Origin: Candidatus Jordarchaeales archaeon
GTDB taxonomy: Archaea > Asgardarchaeota > Jordiarchaeia > Jordiarchaeales > Freyrarchaeaceae
Assembly (NCBI GenBank): GCA_038858525.1
Contig: JAWCFL010000063.1
Coordinates: forward strand, 1 to 5,319
Direction of reading: 5' to 3'
Length of the DNA: 5,319 bases
The notes beneath the pieces are model-generated. The model saw nothing but the letters and a program-made list of their open reading frames with translations, was not told the DNA's origin and ran no database searches. The position numbers were made by a program, and so were the translations under genes. The first letter of the stretch is position 1, and each line of letters begins with the position of its first letter. Shown in pieces: positions 1 to 4,334 of the stretch.

Positions 1-7
1 AGGGTGT

Positions 8-265
8 ATGCCGGGCTGGAGGATCCATAGGAGGATAGGCCGCTTCCTCGGCATCCAAGACGAGGGGCTCATGAAGAGGGTGGATCGCATGCTAGACTTT
101 CCGAGGGTTGGAAAGCTCAGGCTACCTCATAAGGCCCTACACAATACAGACTGCGTGCTGAGGATCTGGATGGAGCTAGGAGACGAGGCAGCTAACTACG
201 CTCTGCTCCACCTAGCCCTCGATAGGAGCAGGCTTAGCAGACTAATCGAAGAACTGGAAAAGTGA
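8..265 (+). CDS. Small hypothetical protein (85 aa), putative metal-dependent hydrolase-like
   Basis: ATG preceded by GGGTG (SD-like), with G/C-ending codon bias. Ordered motif H7...D26xxxD30P...H41xxxH45...H68xxxD72 resembles YdjM-type / Zn-dependent phospholipase C-like ligand spacing. The product call is inference. Confidence 0.72.
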   Translation: MPGWRIHRRIGRFLGIQDEGLMKRVDRMLDFPRVGKLRLPHKALHNTDCVLRIWMELGDEAANYALLHLALDRSRLSRLIEELEK

Positions 266-748
266 GTTACACCTCAGAAGGCTGCGCCTCATAACCTCGC
301 ATATCTCGTCAAGGGCCTTCAAACCATGTCGGATTGGTCCGTATTTATCGAGGCCATCCAGTATGTTACCTCCCTCGCGTATGTGTTTCAAGAGACTAGG
401 AATTTGTCGAAAGGGTCCGTGCTCCCACAGTATAGATGCGATCTCTGCGAGGAGGACATCGAGGTAGATTGGTCCATCGGCATCAGAACCCCTTTGAGGA
501 GGGTCGTAGACTACCCTAGGTAGCGTTAAAAGCTTTCTCCACCCTATGTCGGCTTTCAGGGCGTCGGATATCCCTAGCTCCCTGTACTTGAACTTTTTCT
601 TAAGCCATTTGAGCTCAGCCTCAACCGTGGCTTCCTTCGAAAAATAAAGTACACCCCTGAGGTTCTTAACTAGGTAGAGGTGCAGAGGGTCAGGGTCACT
701 CATCAAAATCCACCCGGAGCATCTTCCTAACAATTTGCTAAGAGCCAT
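242..748 (-). CDS. Hypothetical protein (168 aa; probable alternative start ATG at 703, 153 aa)
   Basis: Long ORF with C/G-ending codon bias (ctc gat gtc ctc ctc gca gag atc) and protein-like composition. The ATG at 703 has GGGTGGA 5 nt upstream, while the ATG at 748 has no SD. The 3' end overlaps ORF 8..265 by 24 bp. No family recognised. Confidence 0.68.
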   Translation of the reverse strand: MALSKLLGRCSGWILMSDPDPLHLYLVKNLRGVLYFSKEATVEAELKWLKKKFKYRELGISDALKADIGWRKLLTLPRVVYDPPQRGSDADGPIYLDVLLAEIASILWEHGPFRQIPSLLKHIREGGNILDGLDKYGPIRHGLKALDEICEVMRRSLLRCNSLFQFFD

Positions 749-1039
749 GGAGGTTATGAGGGTTATTCGGCTGCAAGCTGAACCATTTCGGCGGATGTCG
801 ACATGGACACATTAAGGTCAGGGGGCCGAGAGTTTTTCGGGGTAAGCGAAGCCCCCTGGGTTTCGTGCTCTCTTCGCCTTGAGCCCGCTTTGCAGCCGGA
901 GAAGCCTTTCATGGAAAAAAGGGAAGGGCTGCTGGGAGCTAGATTAACGGTCAACCAGATGGGGTTTGTCAGCGTTATTCGGGGTTCAACTAGCTTTTTG
1001 GCGTTTAGTTCTCGTCGCTGGGTGTGACTGCGGGTTATC

Positions 1040-1082
1040 GTTTAACTTTTTTGGAGGTTAAACTTAAATTGTAGGTTTAACT
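1040..1082 (+). promoter_or_regulatory. Putative vapBC promoter (BRE + TATA) with three GTTWAAC boxes (candidate operator)
   Basis: GGTTAAA followed by CTTAAATT (1063-1070), about 25 bp upstream of ATG 1091, which fits a leaderless start. GTTTAAC at 1040, GTTAAAC at 1057, GTTTAAC at 1075. Confidence 0.55.
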
Positions 1083-1090
1083 ATTCATTA

Positions 1091-1339
1091 ATGGTGGGCT
1101 TCATGTACTTGTTGAGGGTTGGAAGGAAAGGTGTTGTAGTTCTGCCGAAGGAGTTGAGGGAGAAAATGGGTGTGAAGGAGGGGGACTTGCTGGTTTTAGA
1201 GGAGCGTGAGGGGGGTTTCAGTGTGAGGGCCATTAGGCCTCTGGTCGTCAAGGTCGATCTTGAAAGGGTTGATGAGCTGCTGGGTGAGGAGCGCGTTCTT
1301 GAGGAGTCTAAGTTTGAGAGGATGCTCAGGCATGAGTAG
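1091..1339 (+). CDS. vapB: AbrB/MazE/SpoVT-family DNA-binding antitoxin (VapB-type)
   Basis: Signature RVGRKGVVVLPKELREKMGVKEGDLL. The stop overlaps the start of a PIN gene (ATGAGTAG). Alternative start ATG 1103 behind GGTGG. Confidence 0.92.
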   Translation: MVGFMYLLRVGRKGVVVLPKELREKMGVKEGDLLVLEEREGGFSVRAIRPLVVKVDLERVDELLGEERVLEESKFERMLRHE

Positions 1340-1775
1340 AGTGAATTTTGTGCTGGACACGAGCGTCTTCATCGAGCACATAGTTGAGAACGCCCCCTTC
1401 AGGAGCAAGGCTGAAGAGTTGCTGAGGAGGGGGATGAGGAGGGAAACCAGTGTCTTCGTCATTCCGCAGGTTCTCTCTGAGACCCTCTACGTGTCCTCCA
1501 GAATCTACAGGTTTGCCGGTGTTGAAGAGTTTAACGAGAAGGCTTTAGAGTACGTCATGTGGATCGCGGAGAGCTTCAATGTTTATGACCCGGTAAGCCT
1601 CTACGTTAATGCTGGGGAGCTACGTAAACGATTGGGCATAGCGCTAACGGACTGCTACGTTATAGCTTCGGCGGAGGCGCTCGGGGCGAAGGCGGTTTTC
1701 GCAAGGCCTGAAAAAGAAATGTTAAGAGTGATGGGCTCTGTAAGGGACGTCGTGCTGTTTCTAGCGGAAACATAG
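1332..1775 (+). CDS. vapC: PIN-domain ribonuclease toxin (VapC), 147 aa
   Basis: VLDTS (D9), VLSE (E50), LTDC (D107) and a C-terminal acidic RPEKE. Start moved from the track's 1260 to ATG 1332, which overlaps the antitoxin stop by 8 bp and puts the LDTS strand at the N-terminus. Confidence 0.93.
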   Translation: MSRVNFVLDTSVFIEHIVENAPFRSKAEELLRRGMRRETSVFVIPQVLSETLYVSSRIYRFAGVEEFNEKALEYVMWIAESFNVYDPVSLYVNAGELRKRLGIALTDCYVIASAEALGAKAVFARPEKEMLRVMGSVRDVVLFLAET

Positions 1776-1909
1776 AGGTTCTCTTCATTCAGCATTCCCG
1801 GTGTGGATCGGAGCTGGGCATCTTCTTTGAAGGGGGCACAGTTTTAAGTTTGAAGCGAGAAGGAGTGTTTGGATGCGGTAGTGGTGGCTGAAGCGTTGGA
1901 GAGAGAGGT

Positions 1910-2299
1910 ATGAGGCGGGAAGTTTTGATGTGGCTGGTGCAGGCTGAAAGTGACCTGAGGAAAGCTGTTAACGATTTAAGGACGGAGGACTGGGATTCGG
2001 CAGCCTTCTGGTCTCAGCAAGCAGCTGAAAAAGCACTTAAAGCTCTCTTAATGAGCGGGGGGAAGGTCTACAGGGGACACGAGCTTCTGGAAATAGCCCG
2101 CATGGTGGAAGCTGATTTAGGCATCGATGCTGGTAGCGTCAGGGAAGATCTTCGAGAGCTAACTATTCACTACACGGTGTCAAGGTACCCTAACGCTGCG
2201 AACGCCACCCCATCGGAGCTCTACACTAGGAGTAAAGCTGTAGAGCTTGTTGAAAGGGCTAGGAGGGTTCTCGAATGGGTAAAGCAACATCTGCAGTGA
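1910..2299 (+). CDS. HEPN domain protein (PF05168/COG2250-like), partner of the downstream MNT
   Basis: WLxxAxxDL, AAFWSQQAAEKALKALL, GH and HYTVSRYP motifs. GGAGAGAGAGG upstream; GTGA overlap with the MNT gene. Confidence 0.94.
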   Translation: MRREVLMWLVQAESDLRKAVNDLRTEDWDSAAFWSQQAAEKALKALLMSGGKVYRGHELLEIARMVEADLGIDAGSVREDLRELTIHYTVSRYPNAANATPSELYTRSKAVELVERARRVLEWVKQHLQ

Positions 2300-2631
2300 G
2301 GTCTCAGGAGGAAGCATTAAGTAAAGCGTCAGAGTTCGTTGAAAGCGTGGATCACAGATGCGCGGAGAAGGGTTACAGGCTTCTGGGCGCCTATCTTGTA
2401 GGTAGCAGGGCTAGAGGGGACTATTTAGAGGACAGCGACGTAGACATAGTGCTCGTGATTGACGGGGTCGCTGGCCTCAACAGGCTCGAGAGGTTAGGCA
2501 TCATAAAGGATCTGTTGCTGCCCGGAGTAGAGGTTTTCGTTTACACGCAGCAGGAGTGGAACAGTGACTCCTTATGGATAATGGAGCTCAGAAAAGAGGC
2601 AATACCTATAGCGAGGAGGACGGGGAGTTAA
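2296..2631 (+). CDS. Minimal nucleotidyltransferase (MNT, Pol-beta superfamily), 111 aa
   Basis: YLVGSRARGDYLEDSDVDIV (GS...DxD) plus a third acid in VEVFVYT. GTG 2296 overlaps the HEPN TGA (GTGA) and is preferred to the track start 2275. Confidence 0.92.
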   Translation: MRSQEEALSKASEFVESVDHRCAEKGYRLLGAYLVGSRARGDYLEDSDVDIVLVIDGVAGLNRLERLGIIKDLLLPGVEVFVYTQQEWNSDSLWIMELRKEAIPIARRTGS

Positions 2632-2662
2632 GGTAGCGGTTGCCTATGAGTCGCCCTTCTTT

Positions 2663-2710
2663 GGAAAACATTTAAATTATCCTAAACCCCTTCTTCATTG
2701 GGGGGATAAT
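2663..2710 (+). promoter_or_regulatory. Putative promoter (BRE GGAAAA + TATA TTTAAATT) and SD for the orphan MNT-like gene
   Basis: GGAAAA 2663-2668, TTTAAATT 2671-2678, GGGGGGA 2700-2706 (8 nt before TTG 2715). Confidence 0.45.
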
Positions 2711-2714
2711 AATC

Positions 2715-3083
2715 TTGGGCATAACGGTTATGGATGAAAACGATAAAGATAAAATTTCTCAGGTTATAAAGGAAGTTCTCCTGAAGTTTGACAATGTAGA
2801 TTTGGGGTACATTTTCGGTTCTCTTCTTGACGAGTTAAATGTTGCTGTCGTTACCTCGGAACGTCTTCAGCCATACGATGGGAGGAAGTTCGCCACAAAG
2901 CTCACGAATTTCATAAAGAAAAGTCTAGGGCACAACTGCAGAGTTAACGTCAAGATTCTTCAGCTGTCACCGGTAAGCGTCCAGTACGATATCATCAGAA
3001 AAGGTAAGTTAATTTTCTGCAAAAGCAATCTTAGACGGGTTATGTATGAGATGGACGTCATATCAAAATGTAGCAACTATTAA
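2715..3083 (+). CDS. Degenerate MNT-like protein (catalytic DxD missing); possible pseudo-enzyme or incipient pseudogene
   Basis: Overall layout (LGYIFGS...VAV...VNVKIL..SP....YDIIRKGKLIF......RRVMYE) matches MntA-type proteins. GS is followed by LLDELNVAV rather than x10-DxD, and the third Asp position reads Asn. Start TTG 2715 or ATG 2730. Confidence 0.7.
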   Translation: MGITVMDENDKDKISQVIKEVLLKFDNVDLGYIFGSLLDELNVAVVTSERLQPYDGRKFATKLTNFIKKSLGHNCRVNVKILQLSPVSVQYDIIRKGKLIFCKSNLRRVMYEMDVISKCSNY

Positions 3084-3140
3084 GCGAAGAGTTCCCTAAG
3101 AAGTCAACTATAAAGTGCAACTCAACAAGTTAAGGGAGCT

Positions 3141-3150
3141 TACTTTTTCT
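3141..3150 (+). terminator. Possible oligo-T archaeal terminator after the orphan MNT-like gene
   Basis: TACTTTTTCT about 60 nt after the stop. Positional evidence only. Confidence 0.25.
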
Positions 3151-3193
3151 AAAATGGACTGGTTAGCTGCGAATGCGCCCGGAAAGCACCCTT

Positions 3194-3207
3194 GAAAAAG
3201 GGAGGAG
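3194..3207 (-). terminator. Possible oligo-T terminator of the minus-strand HEPN-MNT operon
   Basis: The minus strand reads CTCCTCCCTTTTTC about 95 nt after the MNT stop. Positional evidence only. Confidence 0.25.
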
Positions 3208-3300
3208 CCCAAGAATTTCTTATTGCTTCCTATGATTTCCTGAGCGATGCCAGAGGCCGTCGTTATCATTTTTGGGTGGGGTGTGTCATATCTGGGTGTT

Positions 3301-3711
3301 TCACTCGTCTGGGAGAACGATCGAGACCTTGCTTCTTTTTAGGCCTTTCCTCACCATTTCTTCATATATGGCTTTAATCGCCTTGAATTCTTCGTTCTCG
3401 TAAAGGATTACTCCCTCGCTTAGCGCATCAATAATGGTCGGGTTACCTTTCTTCAGCATTTCGACAGCTTCCTCGAGCGTGTATGGGTGTGGCTCTACGA
3501 GTCCGGAATCCAATATTTCGAGCAGCTTCCCAACTCTATCTAAGTATTTCTCGCTGAAGTCTGCTATCACGAGTAAATCGTAGTCGCTCCAAGGCTTAAA
3601 GTCCCCTCTAGCCCTTGAGCCGAAAAGAATCACAGCGATGAGCTTATAATTTTTCTTTAATTTATCCATAACTTTCTTTAGTAATTCATTATTTAACGAA
3701 TTTGCTGGCAT
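3301..3711 (-). CDS. Minimal nucleotidyltransferase (MNT) with C-terminal extension, 136 aa
   Basis: ILFGSRARGDFKPWSDYDLLVI, VEPHPYT and IIDALSEGVIL motifs. Overlaps the upstream HEPN gene by 23 bp. Confidence 0.94.
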   Translation of the reverse strand: MPANSLNNELLKKVMDKLKKNYKLIAVILFGSRARGDFKPWSDYDLLVIADFSEKYLDRVGKLLEILDSGLVEPHPYTLEEAVEMLKKGNPTIIDALSEGVILYENEEFKAIKAIYEEMVRKGLKRSKVSIVLPDE

Positions 3712-4084
3712 ATTCCACCACTTCCTCAGCTGCCTTAATCGCCCTTAGAGAAGCTTCTTCATCGTAGGCCTCGTGAGGAGTTCCAGCTGGATGCACATCT
3801 GGGTATCTTGAAGGAATGTAATGTCTATCTAGCTCCCTCGCTAAGCTCATTAGCCTCTCGCTCGACCTCTCTTTCATTCTTTCAAAGAATCTTTCTAGGA
3901 GCTCTCTGATACTATGGCCCCAAGGGGCTTCATTCACATGGTAAAGCAAAGCTTTAGATGCTTTTTCAGCGGCCTGATGCGCAAAAAAAGCCGCAGCATT
4001 GTACCTTTTTTCCCTGTGAAGTATCCTAGCCGTATCCAAATCCCACAGCGCTTCGCTAAGCCACCTCGAAGCTTCCTGCCTCAT
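3689..4084 (-). CDS. HEPN domain protein (PF05168/COG2250-like), second copy
   Basis: WLSEALWDL, AAAFFAHQAAEKASKALL, WGH and HYIPSRYP motifs. ATG 4084 (MRQEA) aligns with MRREV of the first HEPN and lies about 27 bp from a TATA-like box. GTG 4093 is the alternative start. Confidence 0.94.
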   Translation of the reverse strand: MRQEASRWLSEALWDLDTARILHREKRYNAAAFFAHQAAEKASKALLYHVNEAPWGHSIRELLERFFERMKERSSERLMSLARELDRHYIPSRYPDVHPAGTPHEAYDEEASLRAIKAAEEVVEYASKFVK

Positions 4085-4107
4085 ACGATTCACAGTAGCC
4101 TCTCTTC

Positions 4108-4121
4108 ATAATAATTTTTTC
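4108..4121 (-). promoter_or_regulatory. Putative promoter (BRE + TATA-like) of the minus-strand HEPN-MNT operon
   Basis: The minus strand reads GAAAAAA-TTATTAT, centred about 27 bp from ATG 4084. Confidence 0.45.
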
Positions 4122-4276
4122 ATCAAAGGTTTGGCGGTGGGATTGTGAGAGGCGTTTCCCGACACTTGCTACGGAACCATAGTGAGTCTCCCAGGTCAGG
4201 TTCGTAAAACGTTGCCACTCCTTGTGGAGATCCATACGTTTTAAACGGTGCTCTACGCGTCTCTCATCAAAATTTT

Positions 4277-4330
4277 CAAAAAGACTTAAATCGTCCCCAC
4301 AGTCATTTTGTGCATGGTTACTGGAGGGAG
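4277..4330 (+). promoter_or_regulatory. Putative esterase promoter and ribosome-binding site
   Basis: CAAAAAGA followed by CTTAAAT (4285-4291). GGAGGGAG (4323-4330) lies 4 nt before ATG 4335. Confidence 0.55.
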
Positions 4331-4334
4331 CTAG

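Noticed and set aside
326-523. Plus-strand ORF with a CDLC motif
   Set aside because: Antisense shadow, codon-aligned with the longer minus-strand ORF 242..748. It has only one CxxC and no SD.
287-761. Perfect 12-bp inverted repeat CCTCATAACCTC (287-298) / GAGGTTATGAGG (750-761), suggesting a MITE
   Set aside because: About one such match is expected by chance in 5.3 kb. There is no target-site duplication, and the left copy lies inside a CDS.
763-1027. Track ORFs 763..954 (-) and 803..1027 (+)
   Set aside because: Short, Ser/Pro/Arg-rich, mutually overlapping, with no motifs or convincing SD. Treated as intergenic.
1260-1331. Track N-terminal extension of VapC (and likewise 2275-2295 for the first MNT)
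   Set aside because: Overlaps the upstream gene extensively. The stop/start overlaps at 1332 and 2296 fit the domain boundaries better.
1196-1462. Minus-strand 88-aa ORF
   Set aside because: Antisense to the well-supported vapBC genes.
3192-3377. Plus-strand 61-aa ORF
   Set aside because: TTG start, partly antisense to the MNT gene, no recognisable features.
2024-3970. 19/21-nt inverted repeat (2024-2044 vs 3950-3970) that could mark element ends
   Set aside because: Explained by the conserved AEKAxKA motif in the two oppositely oriented HEPN genes.
3914-4111. Plus-strand 65-aa ORF
   Set aside because: Antisense to the HEPN gene.
4151-4217. tRNA-like or SRP-like look (GGTTCG, ends in GCCA; GGTCAGGTTCGTAA)
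   Set aside because: No T-stem, acceptor stem or anticodon arm can be paired, and the SRP helix-8 consensus is not met.
4332-4334. In-frame amber codon as possible pyrrolysine read-through
   Set aside because: A strong SD and ATG follow directly, there is no pyl context, and read-through would add only 7 residues.
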